The notes under the pieces were generated by a model. It was not told the origin of the DNA and made no database searches. It worked only from the letters and a program-made list of their open reading frames with translations. 29,015 nt of DNA, taken from Coleofasciculus chthonoplastes F2-STO-03 (GTDB taxonomy: Bacteria; Cyanobacteriota; Cyanobacteriia; Cyanobacteriales; Coleofasciculaceae). The stretch is from contig JAVJWO010000080.1 in NCBI GenBank assembly GCA_040222015.1, positions 1-29,015 on the forward strand, read 5' to 3'. The position numbers and the translations under genes are program-made. Of this stretch, positions 9,551 through 17,743 are shown one piece after another; position 1 is the first letter of the stretch; every line of letters starts with the position of its first letter.

Positions 9551-9603
9551 CCCTCTGCGTACCTCTGCGCTAACCTCTGCGTACCTCTGCGTTAAAAAAA
9601 CAA
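9551..9603. repeat. CCTCTGCG-type dispersed repeat
   Basis: CCCTCTGCGTACCTCTGCGCTAACCTCTGCGTACCTCTGCGTTAAAAAAA; near-identical copy at 17518-17570. Confidence 0.9.
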
Positions 9604-9657
9604 CCCAGAACCCAACCACCAACCCCAAATTATTCACCCTTTCCAAGGAAACTTACC

Positions 9658-9963
9658 ATGCAAAAACCCGAACACCATATATTCGTTTGTTCCAGCTTCC
9701 GAGTCAACGGCGACGCCAAAGGCGTTTGTCAGAAAAAAGATTCTACAACCTTAATCCAGTACCTCGAATCAGAAATCACAGACCGTGGTTTAGACGCTCT
9801 GGTTTCCTCAACAGGATGCATGAATCTGTGCAACAACGGACCCGTAATGATGGTTTATCCAGACAATTATTGGTACGGTAATGTTGATGAAGAAGCCATT
9901 GACGAAATCCTCGACGCCTTAGAAGACGGCAAACCTGCTGAGGATTATATTTTTGTCAGTTAA
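9658..9963 (+). CDS. Thioredoxin-like [2Fe-2S] ferredoxin (Clostridium pasteurianum 2Fe / Shethna I type)
   Basis: HIFVC11...C24...GC54MNLC58NNGPVMMVYPDNYWYG; lies inside the nif operon. Confidence 0.92.
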   Translation: MQKPEHHIFVCSSFRVNGDAKGVCQKKDSTTLIQYLESEITDRGLDALVSSTGCMNLCNNGPVMMVYPDNYWYGNVDEEAIDEILDALEDGKPAEDYIFVS

Positions 9964-9979
9964 ATCTCAGAAAATAAAA

Positions 9980-10039
9980 GGCGACCCGAGTCAATTAAGT
10001 GGATAAAGTTGTTCATTTGTGCAAGCGGGTCGCCCCTAC
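9980..10039. repeat. REP-like palindrome before nifE
   Basis: GGCGACCCG...CGGGTCGCCCCTAC. Confidence 0.7.
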
Positions 10040-10120
10040 ACAAAAACCTATCCGTTAAATCCAACACCCCACCTCTCTTTTTTTTACCTTCTGCCTTCTG
10101 AAGTTTATGAGCCTGACGAT

Positions 10121-11488
10121 ATGGAACCTGTTATTTTCCAAGAACGTGAAAAGCAAATTCACCGCAAGGGAAACCAACCATTTGACCTGGAATGTAACAA
10201 AGACAGCCTTGCTGGTGCAGTTAGCCAACGTGCTTGCGTTTTTTGTGGGTCTCGCGTTGTTTTATACCCCATCGCTGACGCGGTTCATTTAGTCCATGGA
10301 CCAATCGGATGTGCGGCGTATACGTGGGATATTCGCGGGGCGCTTTCATCGGGTCCAGAATTGCATCGGTTGAGTTTTTCCACGGACTTACAAGAACGGG
10401 ATGTTATCTTTGGTGGTGAGAAAAAACTGTATCAGGCGTTAACGGAACTGATTGACCGACATCACCCCAATGCGGCATTTGTTTATTCTACCTGTATTGT
10501 GGGGATTATTGGCGATGATTTAGAAGCGATATGTCGGCGAGTTAGCCAAGAAAAAAATATCCCAGTAATTCCGGTTAAATCAGAAGGGTTTAAGGGTAAC
10601 AAACGGGCGGGCTATAATGCTGCTTGTACTGCCATGTTTCGCTTAGTCGGTACAGGGGATACTACCGGAATTTCTCCCCGCAGTATTAATATTCTGGGTG
10701 ATTTTAATTTAGCCGGAGAAATTTGGATTATCCGCGAATATTTTGAACGCATGGGTGTCCAGGTTGTTGCCAATATCACAGGGGATGGTAGAGTCGGAGA
10801 TATCGCGCGATCGCACGGCGCTGCATTGAACGTGGTTCAGTGTTCTGGGGCGACGATGGACTTAGCCAAGATGATGAAGGAAAAGTATGGAACTCCGTTT
10901 CTGCGAGTGTCCTACTTTGGTGTCGAAGACATGGCGGAAGCCTTGTATAAAGTTGCCCGATTCTTCGAGGATGACCCAGACATTCTCAAACGCGCTCAAG
11001 ACTTAGTGCGGGAAGAATTAACCCTGTTATATACTAAACTGCAAGAGTACCGCAAAGACTTGCAAGGTAAAAAAGCGGCGATTTATGTGGGCGGTGCGTT
11101 CAAAGCCTTTTCATTAGTGAAAGCCTTCCGACTTATCGGCATGGATGTGGTGATGGTGGGTTCGCAAACGGGAACCAGTGAAGACTACCGAGAACTCCAC
11201 GAAGTTACTGACGAAGGCACAATTATTGTGGATGATTCTAATCCCTTAGAACTCTCAGCATTTTTGAAAGAAAAAGATGTTGATATCTTTGTCGGCGGCG
11301 TGAAAGAACGACCGATTGCCTATAAATTAGGACTAGGATTTTGCGACCACAACCATGAACGCAAGGAAGCATTAGAAGGATTTCTGGGAATGGTGAATTT
11401 TGCCAAAGAAGTGCATAGTACCGTCATGTCTCCCGTCTGGAGATTCGTGCCGCGTAAAAATAAAGCCTTGAACTCAAGTTCAAGCTAA
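10121..11488 (+). CDS. nifE: FeMo-cofactor scaffold NifE
   Basis: AGAVSQRACVFCGS, HGPIGCAAYTWDIRG, STCIVGIIGDD, VVQCS, FCDHNHERK; anaerobe-type sequence; start placed at ATG 10121. Confidence 0.95.
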   Translation: MEPVIFQEREKQIHRKGNQPFDLECNKDSLAGAVSQRACVFCGSRVVLYPIADAVHLVHGPIGCAAYTWDIRGALSSGPELHRLSFSTDLQERDVIFGGEKKLYQALTELIDRHHPNAAFVYSTCIVGIIGDDLEAICRRVSQEKNIPVIPVKSEGFKGNKRAGYNAACTAMFRLVGTGDTTGISPRSINILGDFNLAGEIWIIREYFERMGVQVVANITGDGRVGDIARSHGAALNVVQCSGATMDLAKMMKEKYGTPFLRVSYFGVEDMAEALYKVARFFEDDPDILKRAQDLVREELTLLYTKLQEYRKDLQGKKAAIYVGGAFKAFSLVKAFRLIGMDVVMVGSQTGTSEDYRELHEVTDEGTIIVDDSNPLELSAFLKEKDVDIFVGGVKERPIAYKLGLGFCDHNHERKEALEGFLGMVNFAKEVHSTVMSPVWRFVPRKNKALNSSSS

Positions 11489-11494
11489 AAGCTT

Positions 11495-11717
11495 AAACCC
11501 GTTAAAACGGGTTGTTCGTAGTAGGCACTTTAATGCCTCAAGTTGTAGGGTGTGTTAGCGAAGCGTAACGCACCATTATTCCTCAAACTTAAGTTGTAGG
11601 GTTAGCGTTCACGCCGCGTTTCCGTTCGCGCAGAGTTCCCGTTCGCAAAGCGTTCCCGTTCGCGAAGCGTTCCCGAAGGGTAGGGTAGGGTAGGGTAGCG
11701 TAACGCACCATTATTCC
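11495..11717. repeat. Repeat cluster in the nifE-nifN spacer: AACCCGTT palindrome, plain REP (11545-11574) and a duplicated copy with nested insert (11596-11709)
   Basis: AAGTTGTAGGG...GCGTAACGCACCATTATTCC occurs twice; the second copy contains four 17-bp units plus GGGTA repeats. Confidence 0.85.
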
Positions 11718-11766
11718 AGGATTGAAATGATAAACAATTACCTAATTCGCTGCCACCGATAAAACA

Positions 11767-13269
11767 ATGTCTAAGAAACTCAAAATTAAGCAAAAAACCG
11801 AAGCTTACGTTTCCACAACCAACGCCTGTAAACTGTGTAAACCGCTGGGCGCTTGTATTGCCTTTCGGGGAATTGAAGGAACCGTACCATTTCTGCATGG
11901 ATCACAAGGCTGCGCCACCTACATGAGGCGTTATATCATCAGTCACTTTCGCGAACCCATTGACATCGCCTCATCTTCCTTGAGTGAAAAACACGCCGTC
12001 TATGGCGGAGGACCTAACCTGAAAAAAGGTATCCTCAATGTCATGGATAAATATGGCGCAAAAGTTGTGGGAATTGCCACCACTTGCTTAACTGAAACCA
12101 TTGGGGATGATGTCACAGGATTTTTGAAAGAGTTTAAGGAAGAATTTGGCGACAAGGAATTGCCAACCTTGTTAAATGTCTCCACCCCCAGTTATAGTGG
12201 CACCCACATGGAAGGCTTTCATGCCACAGTAAGGGCAGTTATTGATCAATTAGTGGAACCAAAAACAGTCGAACCCACAACCGCTTCCCAATCCCCAGGA
12301 GTCGGGGCGGGTTTAGTCACATCTGTGCCAACAGAAAGTGATAGTCGTGAAACCAGCCCCTACACAATCAACAATCAACAATCAACAATCAACACCTCCA
12401 AAGTCAATCTTTTACCTGGATTAGTTTCTCCCGCCGATATCCGTTATCTAAAAGAAGTTCTCGATGATTTTAATTGTCCAGGAACTATCCTACCGGATAT
12501 CTCAGAAACCTTAGACGGACCCGCCCAAATGGACTATGAAAAGATTCCTGAAGGGGGAACGCCAATTGCAGCAATTCAACTTATGGGACATTCTGGCGCC
12601 ACGATTGAGTTCGGTCAAGTGTTGCAACGTAGTGGTAATTCTGGGGGTCAACTTCTGGCTAAACGCAGCGGTGTTCCCCTGTACGCCTTGGGTATGCCGA
12701 TTGGGTTGCGAGAGTGCGATCGCTTTTTTGACACCCTAGAAGAGCTGTCTGGTTGTGCGACACCGAGAAAACATGAACTGGAACGGGGACGGTTAGTTGA
12801 TGCGTATGTTGATTCCCATAAATATCTGTTTGGTAAGCGGGTAGTTGTTTATGGGGAAGAGGATTTGTGTGTCGGATTAGCGGCATTTTTAGCCGAAATT
12901 GGCATGAAGATAGTCTTATGTGCATCAGGAGGAAATAGTGGACATTTTCAGGACGCGATTAATGCGGTTACGTCTGATATTGTCACCGAACCGCCAATCG
13001 TTAAAGAAGGATTTGATTTCTATGAAATTTCTGAAGAAATCGAAAGTCTAGACCCCGATATGTTGATTGGCACCAGCAAAGGATATTCCCTGACTAAAAA
13101 ACATCAAATTCCCCTAATCCGCGTAGGCTTCCCCATTCACGATCGCTTTGGCGGACAGCGGATGCTACATCTGGGGTATCGGGGGACTCAGAACCTGTTA
13201 GATCGGATTGTGAATGCCATTATCGAGAAGAAGCAAACCGATTCACCAGTGGGGTATGGCTATCTTTGA
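11767..13269 (+). CDS. nifN: FeMo-cofactor scaffold NifN with an in-frame repeat-derived insertion
   Basis: NACKLCKPLGA, HGSQGCATYMRRY, TTCLTETIGDD, TPSYSGTH, GFPIHDRFGG; follows nifE. Confidence 0.95.
   Translation: MSKKLKIKQKTEAYVSTTNACKLCKPLGACIAFRGIEGTVPFLHGSQGCATYMRRYIISHFREPIDIASSSLSEKHAVYGGGPNLKKGILNVMDKYGAKVVGIATTCLTETIGDDVTGFLKEFKEEFGDKELPTLLNVSTPSYSGTHMEGFHATVRAVIDQLVEPKTVEPTTASQSPGVGAGLVTSVPTESDSRETSPYTINNQQSTINTSKVNLLPGLVSPADIRYLKEVLDDFNCPGTILPDISETLDGPAQMDYEKIPEGGTPIAAIQLMGHSGATIEFGQVLQRSGNSGGQLLAKRSGVPLYALGMPIGLRECDRFFDTLEELSGCATPRKHELERGRLVDAYVDSHKYLFGKRVVVYGEEDLCVGLAAFLAEIGMKIVLCASGGNSGHFQDAINAVTSDIVTEPPIVKEGFDFYEISEEIESLDPDMLIGTSKGYSLTKKHQIPLIRVGFPIHDRFGGQRMLHLGYRGTQNLLDRIVNAIIEKKQTDSPVGYGYL
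12301..12394. repeat. REP-like element (12301-12363) plus 4x ACAATCA inside nifN
   Basis: Shares GGGCGGGTTTAGTCACATCTG and GTGAAACCnGCCCCTACA with the intergenic copy at 8010-8071. Confidence 0.9.
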
Positions 13270-13349
13270 TTTTGTCTTATGTCTTATGTCAATGACTTGT
13301 TTTTGATAGGTTTACCTAAATTCAACTCATCACTTCAGGAGAGAAAACC

Positions 13350-14633
13350 ATGACAGCTACAGTTAACTTAGAAAATCACCCTTGTTTTAATGTCAAGGTA
13401 AAAGGACAATTCGGACGAGTCCATTTACCTGTAGCACCCAAGTGCAATATTCAATGTAATTATTGCAATCGCAAATATGATTGCGTCAACGAAAGTAGAC
13501 CTGGTGTCACCAGCACTATTCTTTCTCCCGCCCAAGCCGCTGTTTACATGGAAAAGGTATTAGAAAAAGAACCGAGAATCAGTGTTGCTGGAATTGCTGG
13601 TCCCGGTGATCCCTTTGCCAATCCAGAGGAAACCTTAGGTACAATGCGCCTACTGCGGGAAAAGTTTCCCGACTTAATTCTCTGCTTGGCGACCAATGGC
13701 TTGAATCTCAAATCAGAGTATATCGACGAAATTGCCGAAATTGGCGTCAGTCACGTTACTGTTACCATCAACGCGATCGACCCAGAAATTACTCGCAAGG
13801 TGTACCGTTGGGTACGCCATGAAAAGTCAGTGTATCAGGGCTTAAAAGGTGCTAAGTTACTCTTAGAACGCCAATTAGTAGCCGTAAAAGGACTGAAAGC
13901 CGCAGGAATTACGGTTAAAATTAACTGCATTGTGATGCCCGGAATTAATGACCATCATGTGGTGGAAGTCGCCAAATCTATGGCAGAACTTGGGGCAGAT
14001 TTATTCAATGCCATGGCGATGTATCCCACCGCAGAAACGCCATTTGAGGGATTAACTGAACCCGATGCAATTATGATGGCGAAAATCCGCAAAGAATGCG
14101 AGGAATATTTACCGCAAATGCGCCATTGCACGCGCTGTCGGGCGGATGCTGTGGGACTTTTGGGCGCAGATCAGTCAGAGGAATTCCATGGTTGTTTGAT
14201 TGCTTGTTCCAAGAAAGTGATTCCCATTGAAGAAAAAGAACGCCCTTATGTTGCTGTGGCAAGCGTTGAAGGAATTCTAGTGAATCAACATTTAGGTCAA
14301 GCGGATCAGTTTCAGATTTGGCAGAAAACCGATCAAGGCTTTACCTTAGTAGAAGAACGCCTCGCCCCTGACCGTGGAAGTGGTTTTGAACGGTGGCAAA
14401 AAGTTGCAAATATGCTTAAAGATTGTCGAGCGATTTTAGCCAGTAGTATTGGCGATAACCCGAAAGAAATTTTGACCAAGTGTGGTGTGCTTCCGGTGGA
14501 AATGAGCGGCTTTATTGAGACGGGATTGCAAGCGGTTTATGAGGGTAGCGATTTGTCAAAGCTGAAAGGTAAACGGCAAGTTGCGGTGGGTAAAGTTGGA
14601 GAATGTACCGGGAGTGGCTTAGGTTGTGGTTAA
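13350..14633 (+). CDS. nifB: FeMo-cofactor biosynthesis radical SAM protein NifB (full length, with C-terminal NifX-like domain)
   Basis: HPCF, CNIQCNYC, ESRPGV, AGPGDPFAN, CTRCRADA, then VAVAS...VNQHLG. RVHLPVAPK form is of the anaerobe type. Confidence 0.97.
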   Translation: MTATVNLENHPCFNVKVKGQFGRVHLPVAPKCNIQCNYCNRKYDCVNESRPGVTSTILSPAQAAVYMEKVLEKEPRISVAGIAGPGDPFANPEETLGTMRLLREKFPDLILCLATNGLNLKSEYIDEIAEIGVSHVTVTINAIDPEITRKVYRWVRHEKSVYQGLKGAKLLLERQLVAVKGLKAAGITVKINCIVMPGINDHHVVEVAKSMAELGADLFNAMAMYPTAETPFEGLTEPDAIMMAKIRKECEEYLPQMRHCTRCRADAVGLLGADQSEEFHGCLIACSKKVIPIEEKERPYVAVASVEGILVNQHLGQADQFQIWQKTDQGFTLVEERLAPDRGSGFERWQKVANMLKDCRAILASSIGDNPKEILTKCGVLPVEMSGFIETGLQAVYEGSDLSKLKGKRQVAVGKVGECTGSGLGCG

Positions 14634-14688
14634 ATCGTTCGTAGTTGTACTGTCTTCGCCATCAACTCGAATTCTTTACCCATAACCT

Positions 14689-15034
14689 GTAGGGTGCGTT
14701 AGCGAAGCGTAACGCACCATTTTTCTGATTATTGGTGGGTTACGGCGGATATTTCATTAAATGGTTATTTCTGTTTATTGAGTTACCGCCTAACCATTTT
14801 TCTGATTATTGGTGAGTTACGGCGGATATTTCATTAAATGGTTATTTCTGTTTATTGAGTTACCGCCTAACCATTTTTCTGATTATTGGTGGGTTACGGC
14901 GGATATTTCATTAAATGGTTATTTCTGTTTATTGAGTTACCGCCTAACCATTTTTCTGATTATTGGTGGGTTACGGCGGATATTTCATTAAATGGTTATT
15001 TCTCTTTATTGAGTTACCGCCTAACCCACCCTAC
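14689..15034. repeat. REP (14689-14718) followed by four tandem 77-bp hairpin units
   Basis: Units start at 14719, 14796, 14873 and 14950 and are nearly identical; arms GGTGGGTTACGGCGG / CCGCCTAACC(CACCCTAC). Confidence 0.93.
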
Positions 15035-15139
15035 AATTAATTATATTTTTAACCTTAAATAAAACTTAAAAACAGCAATTAATCAATTATTTGTAGCTTG
15101 TAATACCAGCTAAATATTTAGTCCTATCCTAGTTAAGTC

Positions 15140-15164
15140 AGGGCGCACGTCTGTGCGCCCCTAC
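15140..15164. repeat. REP-like palindrome
   Basis: AGGGCGCACGTCTGTGCGCCCCTAC; a copy with one mismatch at 28211-28235. Confidence 0.85.
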
Positions 15165-15233
15165 GATTCAGGGCTGCTGTTGACTGGTGAAAACTGAGGA
15201 TTTGGGACAACCCAATGTTCAAGCACGCACCCT

Positions 15234-15443
15234 TTAATCTGTTGCCACCATGACATCTGTCGCTTTAACAACAGCATACGCTTCCTTACCCTCGGCAAGA
15301 CCGAGTCGTTCTGCCGAAGACTTGGTGATAATTGCCGTCATTTCTATCCCAGGAGCAACTTCTATTGTCACCTCACTGTTCACAGAGCCAGGTACAACCT
15401 TTTTTACTGTTCCTTTAAAGGTATTGCGAGCGCTAATTTCCAT
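15234..15443 (-). CDS. mop: Molybdate-binding Mop/TOBE protein (molbindin)
   Basis: ISARN...GTV...G.VNSEV...AIITKSS..RLGL.EG..AYAVVKATDV; 69 aa. Confidence 0.95.
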   Translation of the reverse strand: MEISARNTFKGTVKKVVPGSVNSEVTIEVAPGIEMTAIITKSSAERLGLAEGKEAYAVVKATDVMVATD

Positions 15444-15622
15444 AGTTCAATCCCTGCTTTAGTCATTGGTTCACCAGCTAATAATACCAAAAATTAGTGA
15501 ATTTTCTGATTTTGCTGAACAATTTTAGTCAACCAGCAAAATGTATTATTTTACTCACTTTTACCCTCGCAGAAATGATATAGCCTAGTCAGAAGACCGA
15601 ATGCAAAAATGCGGCATACGTA

Positions 15623-16471
15623 ATGGTTTTTATCTCACAGCAGTTTATCGAACAGTTAATCCAAGAAGACGTTCCCTATTTTGATTTAACCACCCAGGTG
15701 TTAGGGATTGGCGATCGCACGGGGACAATCCGCTTTACCACTCGCGCCCAAACCGTTCTAGCCTGTACCGAGGAAGCCGCCAGTATCTTACGCCAAACTG
15801 GGGCAGAGGTGACAGCAATCTTGGCAACGGGTCAAATCTTGGACGCTGGCGTCACCTTTCTCAGTGCTACCGGAAACGCCGCCGCCTTGCATCTCGCCTG
15901 GAAACCTGCCCAGAATTTACTGGAATATGCCTGTGGAGTCGCCACCAAAACCTACAATCTAGTGCAGATAGCACAAGCGGCTAATCAGGATGTAATGCTT
16001 TATACCACTCGCAAAGTGATTCCAGCAACCAAACCCATCGCCATGAAAGCCATCTTAGCGGGTGGGGCATATCCTCATCGACTGGGAGTCTCAGAAACCG
16101 TTTTAATCTTCCAACAGCATCTCAACTTTCTGGGCGGAATTGACTCCCTTATTCAGCAACTACCCGTAATCAAGCGCCAGGTTAAGGAAAAGAAAGTCAT
16201 TGTTGAAGTCAAAGATATGGCTACCGCCTTTAAGTTAGCCACTTCAGGCATCGATGGGATTCAATTTGATAAAGTAAATGCCGAGACATTAGCGGAAACA
16301 ATTCCCCAGATTAAGTCCATGAATCCAACCCTGATTACCCTGGCGGCTGGCGGGATTAATGACGCTAATATTGCCAATTATGCGGCAACTGGCGTAGATG
16401 GGTTAGTGTTAACCGCTCCCTATTATGCCAAGCCTGCTGATATCCAGGTGGAAATTGAGCCGCTAGTCTAA
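15623..16471 (+). CDS. modD: ModD family protein (NadC/quinolinate phosphoribosyltransferase-like)
   Basis: EDVPYFDLTT, QNLLEYACGVAT, TTRK, HRLGVSETVLIF, QFDK, AAGGIN; among molybdenum genes. Confidence 0.88.
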   Translation: MVFISQQFIEQLIQEDVPYFDLTTQVLGIGDRTGTIRFTTRAQTVLACTEEAASILRQTGAEVTAILATGQILDAGVTFLSATGNAAALHLAWKPAQNLLEYACGVATKTYNLVQIAQAANQDVMLYTTRKVIPATKPIAMKAILAGGAYPHRLGVSETVLIFQQHLNFLGGIDSLIQQLPVIKRQVKEKKVIVEVKDMATAFKLATSGIDGIQFDKVNAETLAETIPQIKSMNPTLITLAAGGINDANIANYAATGVDGLVLTAPYYAKPADIQVEIEPLV

Positions 16472-16595
16472 GCAAGCAGACTATCAAGGATTGTAACATT
16501 TATAATGTATAATTTTGGTCTATTTTAATCCGTGGATAGTTGAACCAAAGTTGCATAATCATCCAATTTAACAGTCAGAATAAGTCAAAACTAAA

Positions 16596-17405
16596 ATGAA
16601 TCAACGACGTGTTATATCCTTAATGGTATGGATGGTGGCGGCTTTTTTAATCGTTGTGGGTTGTTCTCAAGGGACACCTCCGAACCCTTCCGCCACGTCA
16701 CCAGAATCGGTAGAAATTACGGTATCAGCGGCAGCTAGTCTACAGGATGCCATGAAAGCGATCGCGCCATTATATACTCAAGAACAAGCTAACGTTATCA
16801 TTACCTATAACTTTGGCTCCTCGGGTTCTCTGCAACAGCAAATCGAACAAGGAGCGCCTGTGGATGTCTTTCTGTCCGCCGCGCAAAAACAGATGAACGC
16901 TTTGCAAGAGAAAGACTTACTACTAACTGATACACGCAAAGACTTATTGAAAAACTCAATAGTTCTAGTCACACCAAAGGATAAAAGCGATATATCTAAC
17001 TTTGAAGGATTGACGACTGATAAAGTGAGCAAAATTGCCATTGGTGACCCGAAAAGTGTACCCGCTGGACAATATGGGAAAGAAGTCCTAACTTCACTGA
17101 ATTTATATAAACCCATCCAATCTAAACTGGTTTTCGCCAAAGATGTGCGCCAAGTCCTCTCTTATGTAGAAACCGGAAATGTTGAGGCAGGATTAGTCTA
17201 TGCCACGGATGCCAACGTATCAGATAATATCAAGATTGTCGCCACAGCACCCGAAACGTCTCACTCACCCATTATTTATCCAGTTGCGGTTTTAAAAGAG
17301 AGTAAACATCCGGATTCAGCCAAAAAGTTTGTGCAGTTTCTCTCAACTGAAACCGCTAAAACTGTATTTCATAACTATGGCTTTAGCGTTAATGGCACTC
17401 TATAA
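16596..17405 (+). CDS. modA: Molybdate ABC transporter substrate-binding lipoprotein
   Basis: Lipobox VVGC, SAAASL, FGSSGSLQQQIEQGAPVDVF, PAGQY, DVRQVL, YATDA. Confidence 0.96.
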   Translation: MNQRRVISLMVWMVAAFLIVVGCSQGTPPNPSATSPESVEITVSAAASLQDAMKAIAPLYTQEQANVIITYNFGSSGSLQQQIEQGAPVDVFLSAAQKQMNALQEKDLLLTDTRKDLLKNSIVLVTPKDKSDISNFEGLTTDKVSKIAIGDPKSVPAGQYGKEVLTSLNLYKPIQSKLVFAKDVRQVLSYVETGNVEAGLVYATDANVSDNIKIVATAPETSHSPIIYPVAVLKESKHPDSAKKFVQFLSTETAKTVFHNYGFSVNGTL

Positions 17406-17421
17406 TTTGCATTAGAGCAAT

Positions 17422-17570
17422 GGTGCGTTACGCTTCGCTAACACACCCTACCGGCTATACCTTGGGCGCAAAGATAGTGCCCCTACTATTCTAAATATCC
17501 TTCCCCAACCGCCAACTCCCTCTGCGTACCTCTGCGCTCACCTCTGCGTACCTCTGCGTTAAAAAAACAA
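17422..17570. repeat. Repeat cluster between modA and modBC
   Basis: GGTGCGTTACGCTTCGCTAACACACCCTAC (17422-17451), GGGCGCA...TGCCCCTAC, and CCTCTGCG repeat (17518-17570). Confidence 0.85.
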
Positions 17571-17743
17571 TCCTGCAATTTCACCATTTAATCGAGGCAA
17601 GTTTATAGGCTAAGTTTCCCTGACTACAAACTTAATTTATAAAAAAGATAGTTAAACTACAGAAAACCCTAGAAAAAGCTGAGATACTACCCATCAAACT
17701 ATCTCTAAAGGTTTTCAAATAACTCGATTACTGGACTGGTGGA

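Noticed and set aside
9507..9881. 124-aa ORF overlapping the ferredoxin
   Set aside because: Translates a CCTCTGCG repeat and an alternative frame of the ferredoxin gene.
14809..14991. 60-aa ORF
   Set aside because: Lies wholly within the 77-bp tandem repeat.
14719..15026. Possible CRISPR array (77-bp period)
   Set aside because: Units are near-identical along their whole length, with no unique spacers and no cas genes.
15093..15106. NtcA-like GTA-N8-TAC
   Set aside because: Lies between convergent gene ends with no downstream gene to control; probably chance.
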